This document shows positions 11,589-21,163 of a stretch of DNA of 64,000 bases, in pieces. Under the pieces are notes generated by a model. That model was not told the DNA's origin and did no database searches. It saw nothing but the letters and a program-made list of their open reading frames with translations. The first letter of the stretch is position 1; every line of letters starts with the position of its first letter. Location of the stretch: positions 64,001 through 128,000 of the IMG/VR virus record IMGVR_UViG_3300035698_012962; one strand, written 5' to 3'. The position numbers were made by a program, and so were the translations under genes. The DNA comes from a virus.

Positions 11589-12023
11589 TTATCCTGTTAT
11601 AGTAAATTGTATTGTATCTGTTTCTAGCGTCTTTCCCATTTTAAACTCTAACGTAACATCTATTCTATTTCTATCTATATTTTCTGGTGATAAATCTACA
11701 TCTATATTTTCTATTACGATATAAGGTAACCATTTTTTAATAGCACTATCTATTGAATCAAATACTCTATCTGAGAAATTTTCATCATTAATTTGTTCAA
11801 ACATTAATTTATGAAGATCTGTACCAAAATCAGAGTGTATTATTCTCTCACCCTTTCTAGTTTGTAATAAATTTCTTAAATTTGATTTGGCTTGCTCTAT
11901 TGTTGTGTAGTTAATATCGAAATATGAACGATTACCTCTTTCAATGGGAAGTTTTAATCCTAGTCCGTAATCACCAAATTCGGTAGTATCAACTACATTC
12001 TTTCTTCCTATTTCGTAAGCCAT
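11589..12023 (-). CDS. Baseplate wedge protein, gp25/GPW-like
   Basis: NLRNLLQTRKGERIIHSDFGTDLHKLMFE...WLPYI signature; adjacent to the gp6-like gene. Confidence 0.9.
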   Translation of the reverse strand: MAYEIGRKNVVDTTEFGDYGLGLKLPIERGNRSYFDINYTTIEQAKSNLRNLLQTRKGERIIHSDFGTDLHKLMFEQINDENFSDRVFDSIDSAIKKWLPYIVIENIDVDLSPENIDRNRIDVTLEFKMGKTLETDTIQFTITG

Positions 12024-12027
12024 TTAT

Positions 12028-12657
12028 TTATTTCTTTTTATTCATATGTTTCATTAATTCTGAGTAATCTCTTGTTAATGCCTTTATAACTGGCTGTGTA
12101 TTCGGATCGTTAATATCAACAGTCCTACCAGAGTGAGTTGAAGAAGGAATCATAGATGCTTTAGAAAACTCACCATATCCTAATTTTTGTGCTAAATCTC
12201 CCTGTCCATTTGAACTTCTACCTGCTACACTATTTACATTACTTGAATTTACACTAATTGTACGTTCATCTGTTTCAAACGGTATAGTAGAATCATACCC
12301 ACCCGCCATTTGTCCTGGTTTATAATTAGATGCAGTTTCATTTAACATTTTATTAATCATAGGATCTTTACTAAAATTCTTTTCCTGTTCTCTATGAGTG
12401 TTCAGTGCTGCTTCCGCTTTATCGAACGGATCTTCAATTTCATCTAATTGTGTTTGTTTAGATGGAGTAGTATTGCTTGAAGTTACAGTTACTTTTTTAG
12501 TTTCCTTCAAAATTCTCTTTTCTGCTTTCTTTACTTCAAATTTAACCACTTCTTTAACTAATTTTGGAAGATTCTTTTTAATCTCTTCTTTAATTAGTAT
12601 TTGTATAGCTTCTAATAACTTATCAGTATTAATTTTATTTTTTTTACCAGTATTCAT
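12028..12657 (-). CDS. Hypothetical late protein
   Basis: 209 aa ending TRDYSELMK; TATTTATA motif upstream. Confidence 0.5.
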   Translation of the reverse strand: MNTGKKNKINTDKLLEAIQILIKEEIKKNLPKLVKEVVKFEVKKAEKRILKETKKVTVTSSNTTPSKQTQLDEIEDPFDKAEAALNTHREQEKNFSKDPMINKMLNETASNYKPGQMAGGYDSTIPFETDERTISVNSSNVNSVAGRSSNGQGDLAQKLGYGEFSKASMIPSSTHSGRTVDINDPNTQPVIKALTRDYSELMKHMNKKK

Positions 12658-12681
12658 TTTATTAATATTTTGTTTGTACTA

Positions 12682-12689
12682 TATAAATA
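12682..12689 (-). promoter_or_regulatory. Candidate late promoter TATTTATA (also 1665, 14976, 21038, 47273, 48892, 55250)
   Basis: TA(T/C)TTATA recurs on the coding strand in intergenic gaps ahead of structural and lysis genes; a gp55-like sigma is present. Confidence 0.55.
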
Positions 12690-12714
12690 TAAAAAACATA
12701 AAAAATGGATAAAA

Positions 12715-13293
12715 TCATTTAACCATATAACCAGTCCAAAAAATAATACCTGGACCCGGAGTGCCAAATGGTGGATATAAAGAAGTAGTCGTTATTAATC
12801 CTGATACGGTTTGAAGATGTGCCTGTGCTATAATAATAAAATTATCTAACCATCCTTCAACATTTTGTGTAGGTAGTGTAGGTAAGTCAATTGTCCACTG
12901 TCCTGGATTGACTATTGTGTGTGAAATAATTCCTATATTGGAAAATGAACCTGGAGCTGGTATCCAAGGGATTCCTGTTCCTGGTGGTGATTTAGGTGAG
13001 GGAAATGTTGCACCAATTCCTCCTGTCCAATAACTCATAACTGCATTTCCTAAATTTCGTAATAAGGGTCCTTGGTTTGGATTTCGCTGTTGTATTAATA
13101 ATGTACCATTCACTATTGTAGACATTATTTCAGTATTTCCTTTTTGTAGTGGTACGTAGTTTACCATATCGTATCCTCTACGGATGCAACTATCATATTC
13201 ACTTACAAACTTACGAACATAATCATCTACTGAAACAGAATTTGGATTCTGTTGTAGTTGTGTCATTCGTTGTTTAAAGATTTGCCATGACAT
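12715..13293 (-). CDS. Pro/Gly-rich baseplate-associated protein
   Basis: 192 aa, directly downstream of the spike/hub-like gene. Confidence 0.45.
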   Translation of the reverse strand: MSWQIFKQRMTQLQQNPNSVSVDDYVRKFVSEYDSCIRRGYDMVNYVPLQKGNTEIMSTIVNGTLLIQQRNPNQGPLLRNLGNAVMSYWTGGIGATFPSPKSPPGTGIPWIPAPGSFSNIGIISHTIVNPGQWTIDLPTLPTQNVEGWLDNFIIIAQAHLQTVSGLITTTSLYPPFGTPGPGIIFWTGYMVK

Positions 13294-13294
13294 T

Positions 13295-14563
13295 TTAAGA
13301 AGTTTTATTCTGTTTACTTAACATTGTTCTTAATTTAGATTTTATATTTCTAAATTGTGTTTGATTTAATGGGGCAACGGATGTTGGCCCTGAAGGGGTA
13401 GCGTATGATTGTTTAAGAATAGCATCAATCATGTCCGACATCAAATCTAATAAAGTATCACCCAATACCACAGGTTCTAATCCCTTATTACCCAAATTGA
13501 TCTTACCGTTACCAGTATTAAGAAATATGTTTTTATCGTTTGTAATAATATCAATATTATCTTTTACTTCACCAAAAATACCACCTCTTAGATCAAATGA
13601 GAAATTGCTATCACTTATTATCCCTATATTCCCCTTTGAATAGAATAACGTTTCAGCACTTCTAGATGAAAAAATTAATCTACCAGATGAGAGGATAACT
13701 TGATCACCTTTCAGTGTGTTTGGGTAATTTTTAAATGAATTAGGTTTGGTTTTAAAATCACTATTGAAGTTTTTATCAACAGTACCAGGAATAAAATTAA
13801 CAATTCTACTTCCAGATGTTATCCATATAGAAGTACCATCTCTATTCACATCTTCTGTTGTTATATCACCTATTAGCTTATCATTTTTAGAAAGAGAACT
13901 TTCGCTATTTCTAATTAAGATAGATGGATTAAAATCTTTCTTTGATTTTCCACCTTCATACCCATTAAATCTAATTGATTGTCCAAATCGGCTTTCTAAT
14001 AAAACATCTCCTTCGAATAACTCCAATCTATGTATTTTTTCATCACCTTTAAACTTATCACCTAATACATTGTCTTTATTATTTTTTACTGGATTATTTC
14101 TTGGTATACCTGTTTTACTATTTTTTGAGTAAGATGGGATTGGATTTGGGGTAGGTTCATTAAATTCCTTTGCATCCTTTAATGATTCTAAAAGAGTAGA
14201 ATCTGCTGTAACATTTGGAGTATTGTGTGAGAAAATTACTTTATAGTAGAAATCTCCCGATACTTCAATTAATTCAACTATTTCGTTTTTTAAAGGTAGT
14301 CGAATGAAGTTTCTATCATATGGGAATGCAATGTCAAAGTTATTTTCATCAATAACTCCCTGTGATATGTGTGAGAATCGAATTGCTCCAATATAATTTG
14401 TTCCTTTTGGTAAGGTATCATTTTCTACGTCTAAATCTGGGATAATATCATTATACTCATCAATATTTAGAATAATATCGTTTACTACACCTAATTTATT
14501 AGATTTAGAATGAGAAGGAGTTTGGGATAGATTGGTAGATATATTTGAAATACTTTTTATCAT
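13295..14563 (-). CDS. Probable baseplate hub/spike (gp5/gp138-like)
   Basis: LPLKNEIV OB-fold-like segment, EGDVLLESRFGQSIRF, beta-repeat C-half, EPVVLGD and ATPSGPT near the C-terminus. Confidence 0.6.
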   Translation of the reverse strand: MIKSISNISTNLSQTPSHSKSNKLGVVNDIILNIDEYNDIIPDLDVENDTLPKGTNYIGAIRFSHISQGVIDENNFDIAFPYDRNFIRLPLKNEIVELIEVSGDFYYKVIFSHNTPNVTADSTLLESLKDAKEFNEPTPNPIPSYSKNSKTGIPRNNPVKNNKDNVLGDKFKGDEKIHRLELFEGDVLLESRFGQSIRFNGYEGGKSKKDFNPSILIRNSESSLSKNDKLIGDITTEDVNRDGTSIWITSGSRIVNFIPGTVDKNFNSDFKTKPNSFKNYPNTLKGDQVILSSGRLIFSSRSAETLFYSKGNIGIISDSNFSFDLRGGIFGEVKDNIDIITNDKNIFLNTGNGKINLGNKGLEPVVLGDTLLDLMSDMIDAILKQSYATPSGPTSVAPLNQTQFRNIKSKLRTMLSKQNKTS

Positions 14564-14955
14564 TATTCTATTTCAAATTTCTTTTTTAGGGAATTTACTT
14601 CACTTTCAAATACTTCTACTTCATTATTAATTCTTAATTCTTCAACACTATCGAGTAATTGCTTCTTTTCATCTTCTGTTAATATATTACTACCCTCATC
14701 TACCTTATTGGTAACAGATTGAATCTTTTGTGCGATTTGAGCTAATTTGATTAATTGCTCATCGTTTTTTACAGCCTCTTTCATTAAATCACTAATCAAT
14801 GGAAGTAAATTAAGTAAATCTGCTTTCTCTACTATTTTAAGACGTACCTCGTCTATAAAAGAATTGATTTTTATTTTTTTCTGTACTTGGTTAGTGTAAA
14901 TATCTTCGAATAAATCTGATAGTTTTTTTCCCTTAAATAATGTATAATCTTCCAT
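14563..14955 (-). CDS. Hypothetical helical late protein
   Basis: 130 aa; TATTTATA motif at 14976-14983 upstream. Confidence 0.5.
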   Translation of the reverse strand: MEDYTLFKGKKLSDLFEDIYTNQVQKKIKINSFIDEVRLKIVEKADLLNLLPLISDLMKEAVKNDEQLIKLAQIAQKIQSVTNKVDEGSNILTEDEKKQLLDSVEELRINNEVEVFESEVNSLKKKFEIE

Positions 14956-14999
14956 AATATAGTTATCCCTTTAACTATAAATATATAAAGAAATTATTT

Positions 15000-15743
15000 T
15001 CAGTACCAAAACCCGTTTTCTTCTGTATCGCTTATATCACCATTTTCAAAGAAGTCACTCATTATCTGTTGATTATATTCTTTCATTACTTTAATAACCT
15101 TTGTAATGTAGTGAGTTTTAACACCCGTCATTTCTCTGATAAGAAGATATAAATGTTTTTTATTGAAGTTTTCTACATATTTAGATCTTCTTAATAACTC
15201 TAATATAGAATCCGCGATTTGCATATCTCTCTTTTTGATAAAGATTGAGTTTAGATTTGCTTCCCAAAAATCTAATATAATGTGTTTTAGTTCTTGGTAT
15301 TCATCACTTAATTCTTGTTCATCAAAATCATTTTCAATATCCCAATACACCGGCATTTCCGATATATGAGTAAGTTTCTTGACCTTTTTATAGCCCTTCA
15401 TATTACTCATCGTTAAATGATTTCTTGCAATAACCGTGAAGTATGAAAAGGCCTTTCCCTTCCCCTCCTCATACATATGAATTTTTTCAATTAACTGTGA
15501 AACAATTTCTGCTTTACTGTCTTCAACATCCGTTTCTAAATAAGAAGTGGATGACTTGAATGTATGATATGCATTTTCTGCTAATTTTTCAAATGGGTAT
15601 TGAATATACTCATTATATATTTTATTTTTCTTAGCTCTATCATTTGTATTATTATACCGTATTATAGCTTCTTCTGTCTCTTTTGTAAAGTAATTTTTAC
15701 TCTTTTTCTTTTTCGTTTTCGTCATAAATTGTAGTATTTCCAC
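15000..15743 (-). CDS. Late-transcription sigma factor, T4 gp55-like (true start probably Met at 15724)
   Basis: KNYFTKETEEAI...FEKLAEN...KGKAFSYFTVIARN resembles gp55 region 2 (NPFAYFTQI); C-terminal HTH-like segment. Confidence 0.65.
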   Translation of the reverse strand: MEILQFMTKTKKKKSKNYFTKETEEAIIRYNNTNDRAKKNKIYNEYIQYPFEKLAENAYHTFKSSTSYLETDVEDSKAEIVSQLIEKIHMYEEGKGKAFSYFTVIARNHLTMSNMKGYKKVKKLTHISEMPVYWDIENDFDEQELSDEYQELKHIILDFWEANLNSIFIKKRDMQIADSILELLRRSKYVENFNKKHLYLLIREMTGVKTHYITKVIKVMKEYNQQIMSDFFENGDISDTEENGFWY

Positions 15744-15993
15744 TGATTAATTTGTAATAAAATTGAATCATCTCTTTAAGTTGTGTAAAGATAGTTCCAA
15801 CTTCATCGTCTTTTTCAAACATTTGTTGATTATCAATCTCTCGTAAGTCTGATAGTAATTTATTAATTAATACAAAAATTCGAATACGATCTTCTTCGTA
15901 CGTTTCTATTTTCTTTATAGAATTCCAACATGCATATGTTAGTACTAAATTAATTATCATTGAAATGATTAATACGATTACAATTGTTTCCAT
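15697..15993 (-). CDS. Single-TM coiled-coil protein
   Basis: Hydrophobic N-terminus followed by a helical soluble region. Confidence 0.5.
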   Translation of the reverse strand: METIVIVLIISMIINLVLTYACWNSIKKIETYEEDRIRIFVLINKLLSDLREIDNQQMFEKDDEVGTIFTQLKEMIQFYYKLISGNTTIYDENEKEKE

Positions 15994-16002
15994 ATTCTTT
16001 GT

Positions 16003-16557
16003 TTAAAGGTTAAATGAATATCCACTAAAGTTATGTAGATATTCTGTTATTGAGGTTCCATTTCCATCTTGTGATACTTCACCATATTGTAAGTATCTAC
16101 GTGTTCGATATGGTCCCAGTAAATGTGCTGCTGCCAATATTCCGCTTTTTGTTATTTGATTTCCGTTTATAACAGATCCATCATATTGGTAAATGAAATC
16201 TTCTAATATTTCTTTATTATGATTTAAAAGAGTGATCATTACTTCATCTTGCAATAAAGAATTATTAAGGAACTCGTATCGTGTAATATCATAACCTAGT
16301 CGTTTAATTAATGAAAAGGAAAACTGATATTTACCCATATACCCAAATCTATTAATTACATAATGTCTATTATTAGATTCTTTATATGCTATCGCTGTTA
16401 AAAAATCATTTAGACCAGGAGGTGGTGGCAACTCTTTTATTTCATCTATATATACCACTTTAGTTTCAGTTGGTATATAGTGATTAATCTTTTTTAATGA
16501 TATTCCTGATAAATTTGCTATTAAAAATATTAATACAAATGTTATTTTAGTTTTCAT
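16003..16557 (-). CDS. Lysozyme-like / lytic transglycosylase with N-terminal signal anchor
   Basis: AIAYKES (catalytic Glu-Ser), GYMGKYQF, LAAAHLLG motifs. Confidence 0.7.
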   Translation of the reverse strand: MKTKITFVLIFLIANLSGISLKKINHYIPTETKVVYIDEIKELPPPPGLNDFLTAIAYKESNNRHYVINRFGYMGKYQFSFSLIKRLGYDITRYEFLNNSLLQDEVMITLLNHNKEILEDFIYQYDGSVINGNQITKSGILAAAHLLGPYRTRRYLQYGEVSQDGNGTSITEYLHNFSGYSFNL

Positions 16558-17037
16558 TAGTTTTATATTAAGTTAGTATTAGTATAGATTATGCATCTCC
16601 ACCTTCACCCCAGTATAATTCAGAAATTTCAGATGGATCAGCTTTTTTATTTATTGATTTTTTTTCTTTAATCTTTTCAATTCGGTTTTTTAAATTAACA
16701 GAATATTCATCTTTATCAATAATATTATTAATATACAACATATCTAACAAAGAGTCAATTATTGCACCATAAAAAACTAAAGTTGTTTGTAATACTTTAA
16801 TTTGTTTCTCATCCATTTAATAAAAATTTGGTTTTTTCTACAAAATCTTCTTCATCCTCATCATCTCCAAATGATTTTCTTATACTTGAATTTGCATATC
16901 CTACTGAATACGCAAGTCGCATACACATCCTCTTAAATTCTTTTATATCCATATCAATAGGTACTTCAAATTTAATTTTCGTAGCTTCCCTGTTATCATT
17001 AGATTGTACCTCATATGATAGTATACATTTTTCTTCT

Positions 17038-17796
17038 TTATAATAATTCATAATTTCCTGTTTTCATTAGTTTAGTAGCATGTTTGTACTTTATATACAT
17101 CGTCGTATCATCATCCACATTTTTAATCATAACTTTTTCGTTTCTACCATAAGTATTAGTTTTTTCAATTTGTGGATTATAACGTACTAAATCATCTGTG
17201 ATTAACAACCCATCCAAATGCCCAATCTCATGTTGAACTACTACAGATTCAAGTAAACCTTCGTCCTTCAATAATTCATTTCCACCTTGTTTCCATTTAG
17301 TAGAATCTGGGCCGAATTCAATTATACCCAAATTATCTGTTTTAATAGTTATATGAGAAACCCTCATTGTTCGTTTTGGTTTTTTAATTGTCTTTGGTAT
17401 AGATAAGCAAGATTCTACATATACGATTCGCTCTCCAGCAGTATCCGTACTCACATGGCCCCATTTAACAATTGTAGGGTTAATAAGAACCAATGGTTCT
17501 TTTACGTTTACAATACATGCTCTATGTGGAACTCCTATTTGATTTGCTGAAAGACCTAACCCTCCTTCTTTTATTAAAGTAACAAACAACTCTGCAGTTA
17601 CCTTATCCATTTCATCTTTAGTCATTTCCGATTCTTCTACCTTTTGTTTTAGTATAGAAGTATCTGTTGTGATTTGTCTAGGTGTAGTATTTTCTACAAC
17701 TTCTTTTGATAAATACTCTAACCCTTCATTGGCTTGGTTAGGCACATTATCTGATATGTTTATATCTTCATCCATTTCTTGTATTTTATTTTGCAT
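17038..17796 (-). CDS. def: Peptide deformylase
   Basis: GLGLSANQIG, ESCLS and QHEIGHLDG match the three PDF motifs. Confidence 0.9.
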   Translation of the reverse strand: MQNKIQEMDEDINISDNVPNQANEGLEYLSKEVVENTTPRQITTDTSILKQKVEESEMTKDEMDKVTAELFVTLIKEGGLGLSANQIGVPHRACIVNVKEPLVLINPTIVKWGHVSTDTAGERIVYVESCLSIPKTIKKPKRTMRVSHITIKTDNLGIIEFGPDSTKWKQGGNELLKDEGLLESVVVQHEIGHLDGLLITDDLVRYNPQIEKTNTYGRNEKVMIKNVDDDTTMYIKYKHATKLMKTGNYELL

Positions 17797-17801
17797 ATTA
17801 T

Positions 17802-18371
17802 TTATTTTTGATTTAGTGCCTTTGCTATTTTATTTCCTAATTTTTTATATTCATCTGTTTGTTCCAATCCTACTTGTAAATGTCTAAGTGAATTTTTAGA
17901 TGGGTCTATACCTGTTATTTTCGGTGGTAATAATTTCCAAATAAAATCTTTTTGTTCTTGTGTAATTCCATCTTTATTTATCACTTCAGATGCTGTGATA
18001 GGTGGAGTTCGAGGCCAATTCCTCTCCGAGCCAACTCTTAATCTAGCTCTAATTACTTTTTTGTCTTGAAAATAATCATCTGTAGCTTTGTTGAATTCTT
18101 CAATTTCTAATAAGTTTTGTTCTAATATAGTATCTATTAATTTACCAGCTAGTTGTCTTCGTACTTCTTTTAACAATGCTTCTCTTTCATGTGGGTGATG
18201 GTGTGGATGATTCATTGTGTCATCTATAGTTACCTCTGCTACAATTTCGGTTGATTGTGGTTTTGAAGGTGGTTGATAGGTTGGACGATATACACCCTCA
18301 AAATCAGCTATTGATGCGTTGTAATTTTTAATCCACTCTTTATCTATATTGTTAAAATTTAAAAGTGCCAT
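17802..18371 (-). CDS. Hypothetical protein with HPHHHPH tract
   Basis: 189-aa ORF in an operon with thyA and def. Confidence 0.5.
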   Translation of the reverse strand: MALLNFNNIDKEWIKNYNASIADFEGVYRPTYQPPSKPQSTEIVAEVTIDDTMNHPHHHPHEREALLKEVRRQLAGKLIDTILEQNLLEIEEFNKATDDYFQDKKVIRARLRVGSERNWPRTPPITASEVINKDGITQEQKDFIWKLLPPKITGIDPSKNSLRHLQVGLEQTDEYKKLGNKIAKALNQK

Positions 18372-18379
18372 TGTTATAC

Positions 18380-19426
18380 TTAATTACTTAATGGGAATTT
18401 TATTGTAGGGTGTGGATTGTAATTTTCTAATATGAAATCACCTTCTCCACATGAGTGCATTCCATCTCTGATATGAAGTGTGGGAAGTTTTCTGGGTTCT
18501 CTTTCTAATTGTTCCAATACGCCTGAAATTTGATCTTCATAAATATGACAATCTCCAAAATTACCTATTAACATTTCTGGTACCATTCCTACTTCATCTG
18601 CTAACATAAGTAATAATATCCCATAACTAGCAATGTTAAACGGAATCCCCAATGGAAAATCACAAGAACGTTGATTCCATAATAAAGAGATACCCCGTCT
18701 TGGCGCTTCTTTATCTAAATCTACCTCACTCAAATCAATTTCTTCTTTACCAATAGTTCCCAAATCTCCTGTTAGTACTCTTTTTGCAAGATAATCTGCT
18801 CGTTCTTTACGTGTCAATTCTCGTGCCCACACTTGAAACCCATAATGACAAGGTGGAAGAACCATCTGTGATAACTGTTGTGGATTCCAAGCAGTAACCA
18901 TCAATCGTCTACTATCTGGATTTTCCTTTAAATCATTTAACAAGTTTTTTAGTTGGTCAATTCCTGTCCTTGTATATTTAAGTTCACTTGTAATAGAATT
19001 GAATGATTTATGACCATTCCAATGTCTCCATTGGAAACCATATATTTTTCCTAGATCCCATATTGAATCGTGGAATTTCTGGGAACGGTTCTTCTGTGTT
19101 CCCATTTTGATCATTTTTTCTAATGTATAAGGTACAGATGTAGAATTTAAGTAATTCTTGTACCAATCACCATCCCAGATGTGTACCTTGTTTTTCCATA
19201 AATCACGAATATCTGAGGAGCCTGATATAAACCACAATAATTCTTCTTTTACAATTCGGAACGGAACCCTTTTTGTGGTAAGGAGTGGGAATCCTTCTGC
19301 CATATTATGTTTAATCTGTTTACCAAATACAGAAAGTGTATCAACGCCAGTTCGATTTGTTTTCTTAACTCCATTTTCCAGTATCTCATTTAAGATTTCA
19401 AGGTATTGTTTATCTAAATTATTCAT
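18380..19426 (-). CDS. thyA: Thymidylate synthase ThyA
   Basis: NRTGVDT, FPLLTTK, ELLWF, DSRR, LPPCH, QRSCDFPLGIPFN, DCHIY. Confidence 0.97.
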   Translation of the reverse strand: MNNLDKQYLEILNEILENGVKKTNRTGVDTLSVFGKQIKHNMAEGFPLLTTKRVPFRIVKEELLWFISGSSDIRDLWKNKVHIWDGDWYKNYLNSTSVPYTLEKMIKMGTQKNRSQKFHDSIWDLGKIYGFQWRHWNGHKSFNSITSELKYTRTGIDQLKNLLNDLKENPDSRRLMVTAWNPQQLSQMVLPPCHYGFQVWARELTRKERADYLAKRVLTGDLGTIGKEEIDLSEVDLDKEAPRRGISLLWNQRSCDFPLGIPFNIASYGILLLMLADEVGMVPEMLIGNFGDCHIYEDQISGVLEQLEREPRKLPTLHIRDGMHSCGEGDFILENYNPHPTIKFPLSN

Positions 19427-19457
19427 ATATCAAATCGTATTATATTACTAATATAAT

Positions 19458-19486
19458 AATATACAAAAAAATATATAAAATGTCAA
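19458..19486 (-). promoter_or_regulatory. Sigma70-type early promoter for thyA
   Basis: TTGACA-N17-TATATT. Confidence 0.75.
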
Positions 19487-19503
19487 ATTAAATATATAAT
19501 AGT

Positions 19504-20817
19504 TTAATAAATCTTTGAGTCAAAATTATCTGGATATCTAGAGTTAATGCGTTTATCTCTAATGTTTGTAACCCAATAATTTACAGCGGCTTGGTCATCT
19601 TGCCACTGTGAAATGTTTGACCAATCAAAATCATTTCTCGTATAATATGGCTTTTTTGCATCCGCATACCTTCCTTTCATAGAATGTGTTGGTACGTCAA
19701 TTCTACCATCACCATCTGTATCATATCCATCAATTTCTTTTGAATTTTTGTCTATGTGAACGGGTACTCTGCCTATTTTCTTTTCTAAATTTGGAGTTTG
19801 TACAACTTCTTCTTTTACTTCTTCTACATCACTTTCCGGCTGTAGATGAGATTCTTCTATAGGGGGTTCTAATTCTTCTCCAGAATCATCTACTATAGGA
19901 GTACTACTACTATCATCTACTTTTTCATTATCATCCTTTACAACCGATTTTTGTGGTTTGGATTTTCGTTCACCATACACCTCATAGGTATTAGGAGACT
20001 TAACGGTGACCTTCGCATCTTTCTCTAATCTATTATAATAAAGAGATAAGTTAAATGCAATTACCAATGATATCGCCAATGGGTCGAATGTTATCATTAT
20101 AACAATTGCTATAATGTTTACTACTGTTGACATTGGTACATTTAATACATCAGCTAAGAATTGTAAAGGTCCGAGTTCATTTACTACATCGGTTTCGTCT
20201 CTTAGTTCATAAATTCGTTCATCAAAAGTAGTGATTGAATCAGTATATGCATCTATCCTTTCAGTAAGAAGATCTCTTCTTTCTTGAGCATTTTCTAATT
20301 GAGTGGTAAGAACATTACGTGTAGCGGATGAAGTGGTAGTAACTAGTTGTCCTGTTTCTTGATCTATATATTGAATGGTATTACCTGATAATCCTTCAGA
20401 TAATGTTAATATGGTAGATGTTAAATTACCTCTTTCTTCATTAAATGCATCTATTTGTTCATTGAACCTATCTTTTCTCAATTCAATAACTTCTACTCTA
20501 CGATCTAATATATTCAACTCATTCGATGATGACTGGAACGCTGAAGTTAGGTATCCATAAAACCCCATTGAAGTAATACATACTAATATTATTACTGCTA
20601 TAGTTAGATAAGTTTTCATAACAAATTTTACTCTATCCCAATATAAATATAAGAATGAAGCTGTTATGATTTTAGAAAACTCCATAACCCCTGCCATTAC
20701 CATTATTTCAGTTTTAGAACCTGAAAATAGTGCACCTAGCCCCTGTACGGAGAAGTATGCACCAACAATAGCCATAAGTAGTGCGGCTAATCCAATGAGT
20801 AATGTTCTAACGTTCAT
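19504..20817 (-). CDS. Multi-TM coiled-coil membrane protein (DUF4407-like)
   Basis: Three N-terminal TM helices, long coiled coil, ELGPL...FDPLA TM segment, acidic C-terminal tail. Confidence 0.6.
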   Translation of the reverse strand: MNVRTLLIGLAALLMAIVGAYFSVQGLGALFSGSKTEIMVMAGVMEFSKIITASFLYLYWDRVKFVMKTYLTIAVIILVCITSMGFYGYLTSAFQSSSNELNILDRRVEVIELRKDRFNEQIDAFNEERGNLTSTILTLSEGLSGNTIQYIDQETGQLVTTTSSATRNVLTTQLENAQERRDLLTERIDAYTDSITTFDERIYELRDETDVVNELGPLQFLADVLNVPMSTVVNIIAIVIMITFDPLAISLVIAFNLSLYYNRLEKDAKVTVKSPNTYEVYGERKSKPQKSVVKDDNEKVDDSSSTPIVDDSGEELEPPIEESHLQPESDVEEVKEEVVQTPNLEKKIGRVPVHIDKNSKEIDGYDTDGDGRIDVPTHSMKGRYADAKKPYYTRNDFDWSNISQWQDDQAAVNYWVTNIRDKRINSRYPDNFDSKIY

Positions 20818-20827
20818 CTGTTATTAA

Positions 20828-21016
20828 TTATTGAGTTGGTACTATTTCTATAATAGCCTTATTTGAATCTGATAAGTGTTTTACTTCTTTTACTAATTTA
20901 AGTATTTCATCATTTGTTAAAACACGATTTCCTTGTGCTACATCCATAATGATACCTAATCGTTTTTCCATTGCGGAAATATTGTCTAATACTTTTTGTT
21001 GATATGCTAATTTCAT
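20828..21016 (-). CDS. Small hypothetical protein
   Basis: 62 aa; tandem TACTTATA motifs upstream at 21038-21051. Confidence 0.5.
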   Translation of the reverse strand: MKLAYQQKVLDNISAMEKRLGIIMDVAQGNRVLTNDEILKLVKEVKHLSDSNKAIIEIVPTQ

Positions 21017-21059
21017 ATATATTTAGTTTGTTTGATTTATAAGTATAAGTATAGAAAAT

Positions 21060-21097
21060 AAAAAAAATGGTGATAAGGCTATCAACCCTACCACCAT
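21060..21097 (-). terminator. Rho-independent terminator
   Basis: AUGGUGGUAGGG-UUGAUAG-CCUUAUCACCAU forms a 12-bp stem (2 G-U pairs) followed by a U-tract. Confidence 0.85.
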
Positions 21098-21128
21098 ACC
21101 TAACCTAATATTTTAATTTCTACTTATA
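21060..21128 (-). ncRNA. Candidate ~70-nt small RNA with AUUAGGUUA seed
   Basis: Lies between a consensus promoter (21135-21163) and a strong terminator; the seed is complementary to the leader motif UAACCUAAU of several early genes. Confidence 0.5.
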
Positions 21129-21134
21129 ATATAT

Positions 21135-21163
21135 AATATACGAAAAAATATACCAATTGTCAA
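21135..21163 (-). promoter_or_regulatory. Sigma70-type promoter of the candidate sRNA
   Basis: TTGACA-N17-TATATT. Confidence 0.75.

Noticed and set aside
18380-19426. Intron or intein in thyA
   Set aside because: The ORF is continuous, and its extra segments are short and lack intein or homing-endonuclease motifs.
21023-21097. 24-codon hydrophobic ORF (MVVGLIALSPFFLFSILILINQTN) behind AGGTTAGGT
   Set aside because: It starts inside the terminator stem and runs through the U-tract, and its hydrophobicity follows from the T-rich sequence. It is less likely than the sRNA reading but not excluded.
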